Assembly: GCA_964503895.1 (NCBI GenBank)
Contig: CAZDCF010000005.1
Coordinates: 16,972 to 80,971, forward strand
Source: an uncultured Nitrospiraceae bacterium
GTDB lineage: Bacteria; Nitrospirota; Nitrospiria; Nitrospirales; UBA8639
Direction: 5' to 3'
Length of the DNA: 64,000 bases
Below, in pieces: positions 38,710 through 51,169 of the stretch. How positions within the stretch are numbered: the stretch's first letter is position 1; every line of letters starts with the position of its first letter. A model generated the notes under the pieces. The model was not told the DNA's origin and searched no databases. It saw only the letters and a program-made list of their open reading frames with translations. Position numbers and translations under genes: made by a program.

Positions 38710-39546
38710 TTATTTTTCTTGTGCTCTCTTTACAACAGAATTTTCTTTTACCATGCCATATATGGATACAGGTTCAGGAGCTAAGAAGTCTATAGCTGGC
38801 AAACGTCTGCCCACAACCGACCTTGCATATGTGTCGATAATACCTTCCAATTCACGTCTTACTTGACCAGAAGCGTTGAGTCGCAAGGCTAATTCAAAAC
38901 GCAGACGTCGAGCTTGCTGTACAAATGCGATACTTCCCGAAGACATCATTAGACCATAGTCCCAACTGGCTTGATCGCATGCATGGCAAAGAAGACCTCC
39001 TGCCGAAGGCGAGAACCGCGGCATCATCGAACCAAAAATTTTCCCGCATGAGGCACAGTGATCGATCTGCGGACAGAACCCCGAGTGTGTCAGCACATGA
39101 ATCTGAAAAATAAGTGTTGTAAGGGAATAATCTTCTGACTCTATCAAGGCTTGCAACCCATCTCGAAGTGTATGAAAAAGTTCAAGACTAGGATCTCGTT
39201 CAGCGGCAATGCCATCCACTAGAGAAGCCATTCGTGCTGCAGCTATCATACGTTCCAGGTCTTCACGCAACAAGGCGCGGCTTTCAATTATATCAATGGT
39301 GCTGATAGAGGCCAGGCTATCATTGCGCTTGTCGAACAATGTCAGGTTCACATAGGTAAATGGCTCGATGGCCCCACCAAAGCGGCTTTTCATTTTCCTG
39401 GCCCCACGTGCAATTCCTCGAACTTTGCCAAGCTTCCACGAAAAAAAGGTGACAATGCGATCAGCTTCACCCCAACGCAAACTTTTAAGAACTATAGCTT
39501 CGGTGCTAATGAGTGCCATAAGGCCTCTAAAGAAGGTCTCCTCCAT
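38710..39546 (-). CDS. recO: DNA repair protein RecO
   Basis: EAIVL...GEADRIV, ARGARK.KSRF, CASC...C..C zinc motif; start may be 39519. Confidence 0.92.
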   Translation of the reverse strand: MEETFFRGLMALISTEAIVLKSLRWGEADRIVTFFSWKLGKVRGIARGARKMKSRFGGAIEPFTYVNLTLFDKRNDSLASISTIDIIESRALLREDLERMIAAARMASLVDGIAAERDPSLELFHTLRDGLQALIESEDYSLTTLIFQIHVLTHSGFCPQIDHCASCGKIFGSMMPRFSPSAGGLLCHACDQASWDYGLMMSSGSIAFVQQARRLRFELALRLNASGQVRRELEGIIDTYARSVVGRRLPAIDFLAPEPVSIYGMVKENSVVKRAQEK

Positions 39547-39629
39547 TGAAAGTAGAGGGTAAGGCAGATAGAAACGTAAAAAATAGAAAAAGATGCTTTC
39601 GGTTCTTGAGACAACTAATTATGGAACAA

Positions 39630-39667
39630 CCCTACCCCGCCCTCACTCTCCCCTTAACAAAGGGGAG
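39630..39667. repeat. REP-like C-rich element with 8-bp hairpin
   Basis: CTCCCCTT-AACA-AAGGGGAG preceded by CCCTACCCCGCCCTCA; single copy seen. Confidence 0.35.
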
Positions 39668-39696
39668 TAATCTTACGAGAAAACCTCGACATTCAA

Positions 39697-41133
39697 TTAG
39701 TGTAAATGTTCCAACATCATGGTCGCCAAACCGAGATAAATCGTCACGCCTGTGATATCCATAGCAGTGGTGATAAATGGTCCAGCAGCAACCGCAGGAT
39801 CGATCTTAAACTTTTTTAGCATCAATGGTGTCACAGTTGCCATACTGGCAGAAATGAGGAACGTGATAAGTAATGCACTACCAACGACGAGCCCCAAAGA
39901 GCCATTCCCTTGCCAAGCCCATCCTGCAGCTAATAACAACGTCCCACAAATGAGGCCTAGGGCTAAACCTATCCGCATCTCCCGAAACACCACTTTCCAA
40001 ATATCACTCATCTCGACGCGACCAGTCGCAAGCCCACGGATGATAAGTGTGGAAGATTGCAGACCCAAGTTTCCACCCATAGCGGCAATGACTGGAATAA
40101 ACGTTATAATCGCCACAACTTCCTGAATGGTAAAACGAAACCACCAAAGAATTAATCCCGAAACAAGGCTCCCCACCAAGTTGGCAAAAAGCCAAGGTAA
40201 GCGTAAACCAACCGCTTGTATGCTGGATGTATGCATCTCGGCATCTTCTTCAGCCGCCCCTGCCATCTTCAACATGTCCTTGGTATCTTCTTCACGGATA
40301 ACATCAACCACGTCATCAACGGTAATAATGCCAACAAGGCGTCCCTCATCCGCAACAACAGGAATTGCCAGAAGATTATAGTTGGCCACTTGTCGAGCAA
40401 CTTCTTCTTGATCCGTATCTACAGTCACACTAATCACATCCCGCGTGAGCATACTTTTTAAGGGTGCGGTAGGTGAAAGCACGAGTAGTTCGCGCAAAGA
40501 AACCACGCCCGCTAATTTTCCAGTTTGATCTGTGGCATAGATATAAAAAACAGTCTCTGCCTTAGTATCTTGCTGCAAAGTTTTAATCGCCTCTTGCGCC
40601 ATCGTGTCTTCTGGAAGAGAAAAGAATTCCGTTGTCATAATACTTCCTGCAGTTCCCTTTGGGTAAGCCATCAAGTTTACGACTTCTTGAGACTCTTCGT
40701 CCTTCATCAGAGGTAAGATTTCTTGTGACCGTTCCTCAGGAAGCACACCTAAGATATAAGCCACATCATCCGCAGGCACGAAACGAAGCATCCATGCGAT
40801 ATCAGCGGCATTGCTATCTTCTAACACTTGCGGAATCATTTCTTTACTCAACTCACTGACGACTTGCCCCTGTTCGGCAATGCCTTCCACCAAGTCAAAA
40901 GCTGTTCGGCGCTCCTGTGGAGTATCGAGGTGTACAATCACCCGAGCCACATCTGCAGGATGCAAACGTCTGAGCAAATTCGTGAGATTCGCAACAGCCC
41001 CTCGTTTAAGCAAACGACGGACAGAGAGCAGGACCATATCAAATTTGTTTTGATGGCTATTTTCTGCATGTAGAATTTCAGGTTTTACGACATCCCCGAC
41101 AGGCTGCTCTATAATTTTTACAGGATCGATCAT
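39697..41133 (-). CDS. mgtE: Magnesium transporter MgtE
   Basis: N-domain, TAGSIMT CBS pair, GIITVDDV, MGGNLG, GPFITTAMD TM region. Confidence 0.96.
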   Translation of the reverse strand: MIDPVKIIEQPVGDVVKPEILHAENSHQNKFDMVLLSVRRLLKRGAVANLTNLLRRLHPADVARVIVHLDTPQERRTAFDLVEGIAEQGQVVSELSKEMIPQVLEDSNAADIAWMLRFVPADDVAYILGVLPEERSQEILPLMKDEESQEVVNLMAYPKGTAGSIMTTEFFSLPEDTMAQEAIKTLQQDTKAETVFYIYATDQTGKLAGVVSLRELLVLSPTAPLKSMLTRDVISVTVDTDQEEVARQVANYNLLAIPVVADEGRLVGIITVDDVVDVIREEDTKDMLKMAGAAEEDAEMHTSSIQAVGLRLPWLFANLVGSLVSGLILWWFRFTIQEVVAIITFIPVIAAMGGNLGLQSSTLIIRGLATGRVEMSDIWKVVFREMRIGLALGLICGTLLLAAGWAWQGNGSLGLVVGSALLITFLISASMATVTPLMLKKFKIDPAVAAGPFITTAMDITGVTIYLGLATMMLEHLH

Positions 41134-41135
41134 GA

Positions 41136-42023
41136 CTAATAACCTAACTCGATGAGCATCCGCTCATTATCCCGCCACGCCCCCCTGACTTTCACATGGA
41201 GGTCAAGAAATACTTTAACGCCCAGTTCACGCTCAAGGTCAAGCCGGGCTGCGGTCCCAATTTCCTTTAGCCGGCCACCAGACTTTCCAATGATAATAGC
41301 CTTTTGGCCAGCCCTTTCTACCACAATCGAAGCAGCAATCAAAAACAACCGGCCTTTTTCTTGGAACTCATCAATTTTCACAGCCACTGCATAAGGCAAT
41401 TCTTTTTCCGTCTGTTCCAGGACCTTTTCACGAACAATCTCGGCAGCCAAGCGTCGCAATGACTGATCTGTCAGAAAATCTTCATCATATGCCCCTTCGT
41501 GCTCGGTTAACCGAGCAAAAACCAAATCCCGTAAACGATCTACGTTCAGCCTAGTTTTTGCGGATAACGGAACAATTTCAGCCCACTCGCCCAGTTGCTG
41601 ATACGCTTCGATTACCGGTAGAACTTTGGGCTTGCTCATGAGATCGATTTTATTCACTAATAGAAATACTGGTTTGCTTTTAGCCCTATCTGGCAAAGAA
41701 AATACTTGATCAATGACTTCTCGATCCGCTGCTCGAGGCTTCTGCCTTCCATCAACCATAACCGCCAACAAATCGGCATCATGCGCCGCATCCAACGCCA
41801 CCTGCACCATACGTCTATTCAGTTGATGCCACGGTCGATGCAACCCTGGCGTATCCAGCAAAGCAAGTTGCCCTTCTGGAAAATGCGCGACTCCCAAAAT
41901 TCGTGACCTCGTGGTTTGGGGTTTGTCAGAAACGATGGCAATTTTCTGACTGACAAGCGTATTCACAAGCGTGGACTTACCAACATTCGGACAGCCCACA
42001 ATGGCCATAGTTCCAAATTTCAT
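41136..42023 (-). CDS. era: GTPase Era
   Basis: GCPNVGKSTL, PQTTR, DTPG, NKID, KH domain ELPY/IIIGKSG. Confidence 0.97.
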   Translation of the reverse strand: MKFGTMAIVGCPNVGKSTLVNTLVSQKIAIVSDKPQTTRSRILGVAHFPEGQLALLDTPGLHRPWHQLNRRMVQVALDAAHDADLLAVMVDGRQKPRAADREVIDQVFSLPDRAKSKPVFLLVNKIDLMSKPKVLPVIEAYQQLGEWAEIVPLSAKTRLNVDRLRDLVFARLTEHEGAYDEDFLTDQSLRRLAAEIVREKVLEQTEKELPYAVAVKIDEFQEKGRLFLIAASIVVERAGQKAIIIGKSGGRLKEIGTAARLDLERELGVKVFLDLHVKVRGAWRDNERMLIELGY

Positions 42024-42179
42024 AATTCTTTTAGGAGAGATATAGAGGCGGAAGGGATAAACAAATGCATAAAAGAAGGAATTGATGTTTCAATTTCTCA
42101 TCATCTACGCATCCATATTTCCTTCCCAGTCCAACCCGACTCTCCGACAATACTTAGAGCATCGGTGTCCATAGACGTA

Positions 42180-43882
<1,703 letters not shown>

Positions 43883-43941
43883 CTAATTTTCCGCATTTTG
43901 ACAAGAAAAATGACCAAAATTTTTAGAAGATTGCGTGAAAA

Positions 43942-45372
43942 TTATAAAGATAAGGCGCGCTTAAGAAGCTCGTTAACTTTTTGGGGGTTAGCTTTGCCAT
44001 TCGAAGCTTTCATAACTTGACCGACAAAAAATCCGACCACAGCCTCTTTTCCTCCGCGATATTGCTCCACTTGAGCAGGATTACTGTCCAGCACTTCTTT
44101 GATCATTTGTTCTAAAGCGCCTTCGTCCGAGACTTGCTGAAGGTCCTTTTCTTCAACCAGTTGCGAGGCTGACTTTTCGCCAGCATAGAGTTCTGGGAAA
44201 ATATCTTTCGCAGTTTTTAGACTAATGGTCCCTTTATGAACCAATTGCAACAACTCTACTAAGCGCTCTGGAGAAACTGGGGAATCCTCAACCGCCGTTC
44301 CAGCTTGGTTCAGTTCCCGTAATAATTCACCCATGATAAAATTACTGATGGTTTTGGGTTCTTGGAATTGACTCACACAGGCTTCAAAAAAATCAGCTAG
44401 CTCTCGCGAACTCGTCAGCACACCAGCGTCATATTCTGGCAAACTATAATCCTTTGTAAACCGCTCCTCACGGGTTTTGGGTAATTCCTGCAACGTACCG
44501 CGAATTTCCTCAATCCACTCATCGTCAATTGAGAGCGGCAGAAGATCAGGATCGGGAAAATAACGATAGTCGTGTGCTTCTTCCTTATCTCGCATAACTG
44601 CAGTTTGACCGAGTTCAATATTCCAGAGGCGCGTTTCCTGATAGACCTTTCCACCTTCGGACAGGACCTTAGTTTGGCGTTTAACCTCGTATTCTATGGC
44701 ATCCTTGACAAACTTGAAGGAGTTAATATTTTTCAATTCCACTTTAGTCCCAAAAGTGTCAGAGCCAGTCGGACGAATCGAAATATTCGGCTCACACCGC
44801 ATGCTCCCCTGTTCCATGTTGCCGTCACACACATCGAGATAGACCAATACATCACGGAGCGATTTCAAATACGCCACAACTTCGTCGGCCGAATGCATAT
44901 CCGGCTCAGTGACAATCTCCAATAAAGGAGTCCCAGCTCGGTTCAAGTCCACATAACTATGGCTGCCTTCGACCACATGAACGTTTTTCCCAGCATCTTC
45001 CTCCAGATGCGCACGTCGGATGTGGACTCGCTTGCCAGAACCGTTGACATCTAGGTCAATCCATCCGTTTTCGCAAATCGGCTCTTCGTACTGGGAGATT
45101 TGATAGCCCTTCGGCAGATCTGGATAGAAATAGTTTTTACGCGCAAAAATATTCGTGGAGCGAATCGAACAGTTCAGAGCCAGTCCTGTTCGAATGGCCA
45201 TTTCCACAGCACGTTTATTGATGACTGGGAGCGAGCCTGGCAACCCCAGGCAAACCGAGCAGGTTTGGGTATTAGCAGGACGGCCAAACTCCGTTCCACA
45301 CCCACAAAACATTTTAGATTGGGTTCGAAGTTGTGCATGAACTTCTAGACCAATGACTGTTTCGAAGGTCAC
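43942..45372 (-). CDS. gatB: Asp/Glu-tRNA amidotransferase subunit B
   Basis: [38 protein letters not shown]. Confidence 0.99.
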   Translation of the reverse strand: MTFETVIGLEVHAQLRTQSKMFCGCGTEFGRPANTQTCSVCLGLPGSLPVINKRAVEMAIRTGLALNCSIRSTNIFARKNYFYPDLPKGYQISQYEEPICENGWIDLDVNGSGKRVHIRRAHLEEDAGKNVHVVEGSHSYVDLNRAGTPLLEIVTEPDMHSADEVVAYLKSLRDVLVYLDVCDGNMEQGSMRCEPNISIRPTGSDTFGTKVELKNINSFKFVKDAIEYEVKRQTKVLSEGGKVYQETRLWNIELGQTAVMRDKEEAHDYRYFPDPDLLPLSIDDEWIEEIRGTLQELPKTREERFTKDYSLPEYDAGVLTSSRELADFFEACVSQFQEPKTISNFIMGELLRELNQAGTAVEDSPVSPERLVELLQLVHKGTISLKTAKDIFPELYAGEKSASQLVEEKDLQQVSDEGALEQMIKEVLDSNPAQVEQYRGGKEAVVGFFVGQVMKASNGKANPQKVNELLKRALSL

Positions 45373-45374
45373 AA

Positions 45375-45695
45375 CTAGGAGGCCGGTTTGTCACGAGATG
45401 GGTCACGCAAAGGCCGCATAGCTTCTTTACCAGCATCCACGGCATCTTTTACTACTGAACTGGCTTCGGACATAAACTCCCGGCTCTTGCTGACTACGTC
45501 ATCCCAGGTATAGTTGGTTCGTCCTGAAATATCTCGAAAGTCGTCACTAGCCCGTCTGGCGGCTCGCAATAAACTTTCTCGGGATTCTCTCCCAGTTTGC
45601 GGCGCGAGTAAAAAGGCGGTGGCCGCGCCTAATAAAATTCCGCTTAAAAACGCCAGCGCCACGCTTCCAGCGGAGGCTCCGTTATTCCCTGCCAT
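45375..45695 (-). CDS. YtxH-domain protein
   Basis: [24 protein letters not shown]. Confidence 0.85.
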   Translation of the reverse strand: MAGNNGASAGSVALAFLSGILLGAATAFLLAPQTGRESRESLLRAARRASDDFRDISGRTNYTWDDVVSKSREFMSEASSVVKDAVDAGKEAMRPLRDPSRDKPAS

Positions 45696-46086
45696 TGTAA
45701 TACCCTCCTTCTTTATGAACCCGGCCCTTAATCGTCGTGGCCGCAGCCTTCATTCCCGAAAACACACGCACGAGATTCGTCATTATCGCACTGCTTTTCC
45801 CTTTGACAGCCCCATGCACTTGATGAACGGTATCCCCAACTTCGCCAATGGCATTCATCAACACAGCCGCTCGATCTACACCTTCCTTGGCTTGAGTAGT
45901 CAAAGCATGCACATTTTCGCTCGTACCCTTGATCTCTTTAAGCAACCTTGGCAATTCGTTATTGACTTGAGCCAAAAGCCGTTCGGATTGTGCAACGGCC
46001 CGCCGCAATTGAATCACGGTCGGCACGAGATATCCCACCAGCACCAAAAAGGCTACAGCAATCACAACCGCGGCAAAATCAATCAT
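45682..46086 (-). CDS. DUF948-domain protein
   Basis: N-terminal TM then coiled coil; adjacent to YtxH as is usual. Confidence 0.8.
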   Translation of the reverse strand: MIDFAAVVIAVAFLVLVGYLVPTVIQLRRAVAQSERLLAQVNNELPRLLKEIKGTSENVHALTTQAKEGVDRAAVLMNAIGEVGDTVHQVHGAVKGKSSAIMTNLVRVFSGMKAAATTIKGRVHKEGGYYNGRE

Positions 46087-46100
46087 GCATCACCCTTTCG

Positions 46101-47570
46101 TTAGCGGATTGCTGGACGTTTCTTTCGCCAATTGGTCACCATTTCGTACGCACGTGCCGCGCGCAACAGAGTTTCCTCTTCAAAAGGTCTGCCCATGATT
46201 TGCAATCCTATTGGAAGCCCATTCTGGCTGAAGCCAGATGGAATTGATATCGCCGGAATCCCAGCTAAACTTGCTGAGATAGTATATAGATCTGACAAAT
46301 ACATTTGTAGGGGATCTTCGATTTTTTCTCCCAATTGAAAAGCTGGGGTCGGCGTGACCGGTGCAACCAGCAAATCTACCTCTTCAAAGACCTGCTCAAA
46401 GTCCCGTTTGATCAACGTTCGTACGGCTTGGGCCTTGGCATAATACGCATCGTAATAGCCGCTGCTTAGGGCATAGGTGCCAAGCATGACACGACGTTTG
46501 ACTTCCGAACCAAATCCTTCTTGCCGTGTAGTCCGATACATTTCCAACAAATCTTGCGATACCTTGGAACGGAATCCGTATTTTACACCATCGTACCTGG
46601 CAAGGTTTGAACTGGCCTCAGCCGTAGCTAATACATAATAGGTGGCCACAGCGACTCCCGTATGCGGGAGTGAGACTTCTTTAATTTCTCCATTAAGCTG
46701 ATCCATTTCCTCAATGGCTTGGCGTACGGACTCCTCAACCTCATGGTCCAAACCTTCAGCAAAAAATTCTTTAGGCACCCCGATCTTCAGTTTCTTGAGG
46801 TCTTTCTTTTTAAATGCACGAGTAAAATCAGGAACGGGCTCATCGACAGATGTGGAATCCATAGGATCTTGACCGGCCAACACGTTCATCATGATAGCAG
46901 CATCCCATACATCTTTTGTAATGGGACCGATTTGATCAAGTGAGGAAGCAAAGGCAATCAGGCCATATCGAGAAACACGGCCATAGGTTGGTTTCAAGCC
47001 TACCACTCCACAAAATGCCGCCGGTTGCCTGATTGATCCACCAGTATCTGTGCCAATGGCAGCCACACACTCATCTGCTGCCACAGCTGCTGCAGAGCCA
47101 CCACTTGAACCACCTGGCACATAACTCAGTTTCCAGGGATTTCGGCTTGGTCCAAAAGCCGAATGTTCGGTGGATGACCCCATGCCAAACTCATCCAGAT
47201 TCGTCTTACCAATAGGAAAAAACTGATGCTCACGCATCTTGCGAACCACAGTTGCATCATATGGTGGTTTGAATTGGCCAAGGATTCTGGAGGAACATGT
47301 AGTAGCCAAATCTGACGTACAAATATTGTCTTTAATAGCAATGGGCATGGCCATAAGCGGCATGGTTTTTCGCCAAGATTTCAGTTCCTCATCGACGGCC
47401 TTCGCTTGCCCGAAAATCTCTTCCTTATCATTGACCGTCACATAGGCCTTAACCTTGGACTCCACCACACTCAAGCGCAGGTAATAAGCTCGCGCGATTT
47501 CATACGCGCTGGCCTTGCCTCCAGTAAACGCATCTTGTAATTCCTTAAGGGTTAATTTGAAGAGCGCCAT
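46101..47570 (-). CDS. gatA: Asp/Glu-tRNA amidotransferase subunit A
   Basis: IKDNI, KTNLDEFGMGSS, GGSSGGSAAAV, DTGGSIRQPA amidase signature. Confidence 0.99.
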   Translation of the reverse strand: MALFKLTLKELQDAFTGGKASAYEIARAYYLRLSVVESKVKAYVTVNDKEEIFGQAKAVDEELKSWRKTMPLMAMPIAIKDNICTSDLATTCSSRILGQFKPPYDATVVRKMREHQFFPIGKTNLDEFGMGSSTEHSAFGPSRNPWKLSYVPGGSSGGSAAAVAADECVAAIGTDTGGSIRQPAAFCGVVGLKPTYGRVSRYGLIAFASSLDQIGPITKDVWDAAIMMNVLAGQDPMDSTSVDEPVPDFTRAFKKKDLKKLKIGVPKEFFAEGLDHEVEESVRQAIEEMDQLNGEIKEVSLPHTGVAVATYYVLATAEASSNLARYDGVKYGFRSKVSQDLLEMYRTTRQEGFGSEVKRRVMLGTYALSSGYYDAYYAKAQAVRTLIKRDFEQVFEEVDLLVAPVTPTPAFQLGEKIEDPLQMYLSDLYTISASLAGIPAISIPSGFSQNGLPIGLQIMGRPFEEETLLRAARAYEMVTNWRKKRPAIR

Positions 47571-47631
47571 GAGAGAGATAACAACTTCTGAACCGGACTA
47601 CATTTCGAGGGCATGCTGTCAAAGAAGAGTT

Positions 47632-47988
47632 CTAGGGGTGATTCATCATTTTGTTGTGAGCATCCACTTGAATAATCTTTGGGAGATGATGCTTGGCTTC
47701 CTCATCATTATAATATTCATAGCAAAAGATAATGACCTGATCTCCGGTCACTCCTTTCCTAGCAGTTGGGCCGTTTAACACAACTTCGCCAGAGCCACGT
47801 TTTCCATTAATCGCATAGGTGGTAAATCGCTCACCATTATTGAGATTCGAAACCATCACTAGTTCATAAGGCAAAATTCCAGCAGCGTCCAATAAGTCTT
47901 CATCCACAGTCAGACTGCCTTCATATTCCAAGCAAGCATCCGTCACCACAGCACGATGAATTTTAGCTCTTAACATATGACGCAGCAT
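47632..47988 (-). CDS. panD: Aspartate 1-decarboxylase
   Basis: KIHRAVVT, YEGS cleavage site, NGERFTTY, LNGPTAR. Confidence 0.95.
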   Translation of the reverse strand: MLRHMLRAKIHRAVVTDACLEYEGSLTVDEDLLDAAGILPYELVMVSNLNNGERFTTYAINGKRGSGEVVLNGPTARKGVTGDQVIIFCYEYYNDEEAKHHLPKIIQVDAHNKMMNHP

Positions 47989-48006
47989 GGCTGTATTCCT
48001 TCTATA

Positions 48007-48300
48007 TCAACGTTCGCTAATAATTTTAGGCACCTGAAGCATGCCATCTTTTGCTACTGGAGCATTCCCCACAGCCTTGTTTTGAGGAACGGATTCGCGC
48101 ACTTCATCTTCCCGCAACACATTGGCCTGACTCACCACGGACGTCATAGGGCTTATTCCCTCGATGTCCACCTGATTCAGTTCTTCCATGTAAGTCAGAA
48201 TACTGCTGAGTTGATAGCTAAGTTGCTCTTTCTCAGCCTCACTGATTTGAATGCGAGCTAAATCCGCGACATATTCCGCTTCTTTTTGAGTCAGTTTCAT
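48007..48300 (-). CDS. gatC: Asp/Glu-tRNA amidotransferase subunit C
   Basis: VADLARI, IL.YMEELNQVD, LREDEV, VPKII. Confidence 0.95.
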   Translation of the reverse strand: MKLTQKEAEYVADLARIQISEAEKEQLSYQLSSILTYMEELNQVDIEGISPMTSVVSQANVLREDEVRESVPQNKAVGNAPVAKDGMLQVPKIISER

Positions 48301-48835
48301 TTGACAAAAACCTCAACCTCTCAATTTTATTAGAATTTTCAAAACCCAAAATCCTACGTTACGCACCACCCCTATTTGACCACGAATCAAATAAAAAGAG
48401 CAACGATTGAGTGACCGGTACTTTTAGCATGAAGCTCAAACGAAAAGCTACTGGCTACCAGACTCTGGACAGCATTCCTTCTTTGGCCATCAATTGGACA
48501 TCGGTCAAACTTTTCGGTTCTTTTCGTAACAATCTTTTCCGAAGCTGTCCGGATTTGGGCTAATGAAAGATTAACTTGCAATTGAGGGGTTTCAGAATTA
48601 GATTTCACCTTCCGCTTCTATCAAAAAATGAAAAACCTTCGACTCAAATTCCCTAACGAGACCAAAATTAACAGAGACAGAAGTCTAGGGACAAATCAAT
48701 GAAACCCTTAACATTGCTTGAAGACTAAAAGCTTAATTATTAATACCTATTTCTATCTAAAAAAGTGCGAGAAAACAATGCCTTGCTGCTTTTTAAAATG
48801 GTGTGCTAAGGTCTTTTTCCCGTGGGAAAACCTAA

Positions 48836-49426
48836 ATGACACTTCGCGTAGTTGCAGGAGTTCAAAAGGGCAGACGGCTAAAGCGGCCAATGGGTCCTGG
48901 GTTGCGACCGACTTCTGCTCGGGTCAAAGAGGCCCTCTTTTCCATTATTGCTGACCGTCTCCCTAATGCACAGGTATTAGATTTGTACGCGGGAACTGGG
49001 GCCTTAGGACTCGAAGCTCTAAGCCGTGGAGCACGAGAGGTTGTGTTTGTAGAAAACCAGGAATCGACAATAAACGTGCTGCGCGAAAATATACAAAACT
49101 GTTCTTTGACTCAATGCTGCACCATTATTGCCGAAGATGTGGAGACGTTTTTGACAACCCCTTCTTCACTCAATGATACCACAACATTCGATCTAGTATT
49201 TGCGGATCCCCCTTATGAAATTTCAAACTTAGATCCACTACTCTCTAAACTTGATGCCGCTCAACGAATTACTAGGAATGGGTTTGTAGTCGTGGAACAT
49301 TTCAAGAAAACCTTGCTCCCCCTACGAACCGGGCAACTACAACAATCAAAGCAATCGCGTTATGGCGATACTATGTTGAGCTTTTACCAATTTATTCCAC
49401 CGTCTACTGAGAACTCATGCGCATAG
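48836..49426 (+). CDS. rsmD: 16S rRNA m2G966 methyltransferase
   Basis: LRVVAG, RPTSARVKEALF, LDLYAGTGALGLEALSRG, FADPPY, YGDT. Confidence 0.95.
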   Translation: MTLRVVAGVQKGRRLKRPMGPGLRPTSARVKEALFSIIADRLPNAQVLDLYAGTGALGLEALSRGAREVVFVENQESTINVLRENIQNCSLTQCCTIIAEDVETFLTTPSSLNDTTTFDLVFADPPYEISNLDPLLSKLDAAQRITRNGFVVVEHFKKTLLPLRTGQLQQSKQSRYGDTMLSFYQFIPPSTENSCA

Positions 49427-49905
49427 GCGTCTATCCTGGCACCTTTGACCCAATCACCCGTGGTCATACCGACATCGTAGCCCGAAGTCTGCGATTATTT
49501 GATCGCCTCATTGTAGCTGTAGCACCCAATCCTCGAAAAGAACCACTTTTACCCATCAATGATCGAGTCGAATTAGCGAAAATTGCCACGAAAAACTTTG
49601 CGCATGTAGAAGTTGAGGCTTTCAACGGTCTTCTTGTCGAGTATGTGCATTCTCGTGGAGCCCACGGCATCATTCGTGGATTGCGCGCTTTGTCGGATTT
49701 TGAACACGAATTTCAAATGGCTTTGTTAAACCGAAAAATTGATGCACAATTAGAAACCGTGTTTCTCATGCCAAGCGAGGAATACTCGTATTTGACCTCG
49801 AACATTGTTAAAGAACTCGCCATGTTTGGGGGCCCATTAGAGGATTTTGTTTGCCCAGAAGTAGCTGAGAAACTACGGAAATGGTATCGCGGATCTAAGT
49901 CATGA
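49417..49905 (+). CDS. coaD: Phosphopantetheine adenylyltransferase
   Basis: YPGTFDPITRGH, RGLRALSDFEHE, SNIVKE. Confidence 0.97.
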   Translation: MRIGVYPGTFDPITRGHTDIVARSLRLFDRLIVAVAPNPRKEPLLPINDRVELAKIATKNFAHVEVEAFNGLLVEYVHSRGAHGIIRGLRALSDFEHEFQMALLNRKIDAQLETVFLMPSEEYSYLTSNIVKELAMFGGPLEDFVCPEVAEKLRKWYRGSKS

Positions 49906-51095
49906 AGCTTTCAATTCGCTCAGCCCGTATTGTCCCTTCACCAACTTTAAGTATTACGGCCAAAGCTAAAGCCATGATGGCTCAAGGAATTGGTGTCATC
50001 GATTTTTCAGCAGGCGAACTCGCGCAAGACACACCGGATTTTGCAAAGAGAGGTGGAGAGGCCGCTATTCAAACAGGTTTTACTCAGTACACACCAGTTC
50101 CTGGAACCGACGAATTACGACAAGCTATCTCGGATAAGTTTCAAAGAGACCAAGGTGTGACTTATGACAAGTCTCAGATTCTGGTTTCATGCGGCGCAAA
50201 ACATTCACTTTATAATTTATTTCAGGCCTTGATCGATCCAGGAGATGAAGTGATCATTCCTACGCCATACTGGGTGTCTTATCCTGATCAAGTCCTATTA
50301 GCCGATGGCACTCCGGTGATTTTGCAAACTCGTGAATCCGAGAGTCATGCCATTGACCCAAATGCCTTGGAGGCCTGCATCACCCCGAAAACCAAAGCTT
50401 TGATCTTGAATAGCCCCAACAACCCTAGCGGATCGATTTATACGAGGGCTACACTTCGACAGGTTGCGGCCATCGCAAAGAAGCATAAGATGCTAATTAT
50501 CTCCGATGAGATTTACGAGAAGCTTGTCTTTGGAGAACCACCATTTCTTAGCATTGTAACCGTTGCCCCCGAATGCATTGAACAAACCGTCGTAGTTAAC
50601 GGTATCTCAAAAGCCTATGCAATGACTGGTTGGCGCATTGGCTATGCTGCTGGTCCAAAAGATTTAATCGCAGCTATGTCGAAGATACAAGGGCAAAGCA
50701 CGTCCAATCCCACTTCCATTTCCCAGAAAGCTGCATTAGCTGCATTAAACGGTGGTTCAGCATTTTTTGAAGAAATGGTCAAAGACCTTCGCCCTAAAAG
50801 AGACTTTGTGGTCGAAAAACTCAATGCAATCTCCGGCGTGACATGCCCGGCACCTTCGGGAGCGTTTTATGCCTACCCAAATGTTGCTGGACTGCTCGGA
50901 CGTCGCCATTCCGGAGGAACGATTTCCACTGCTACTGACCTGGCAGCCTATTTGCTCGAGAAAGCCCACCTGGCCTGTGTGCCTGGCGAACCATTCGGAA
51001 GTCCTTCTCACCTTCGATTATCCTATACCCCAACCATAGAAGTCGTTCAAAAAGGCATGGAACGGTTACGAGCAGCAATTGACGTGTTGTCATAG
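49902..51095 (+). CDS. aspC: PLP-dependent aminotransferase class I (aspartate aminotransferase type)
   Basis: NSPNNPSG, SDEIY, SKAYAMTGWRIG. Confidence 0.9.
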   Translation: MKLSIRSARIVPSPTLSITAKAKAMMAQGIGVIDFSAGELAQDTPDFAKRGGEAAIQTGFTQYTPVPGTDELRQAISDKFQRDQGVTYDKSQILVSCGAKHSLYNLFQALIDPGDEVIIPTPYWVSYPDQVLLADGTPVILQTRESESHAIDPNALEACITPKTKALILNSPNNPSGSIYTRATLRQVAAIAKKHKMLIISDEIYEKLVFGEPPFLSIVTVAPECIEQTVVVNGISKAYAMTGWRIGYAAGPKDLIAAMSKIQGQSTSNPTSISQKAALAALNGGSAFFEEMVKDLRPKRDFVVEKLNAISGVTCPAPSGAFYAYPNVAGLLGRRHSGGTISTATDLAAYLLEKAHLACVPGEPFGSPSHLRLSYTPTIEVVQKGMERLRAAIDVLS

Positions 51096-51169
51096 ACTTG
51101 CCTTAACAACTAAAATTTTGGTGTTATTGAAACTTGAAGTACTAACGATATTTTACTCTAGGAAGGAAA

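Noticed and set aside
48387-48608. 73-aa ORF upstream of gatC
   Set aside because: GTG start with no motif recognised; needs conservation evidence.
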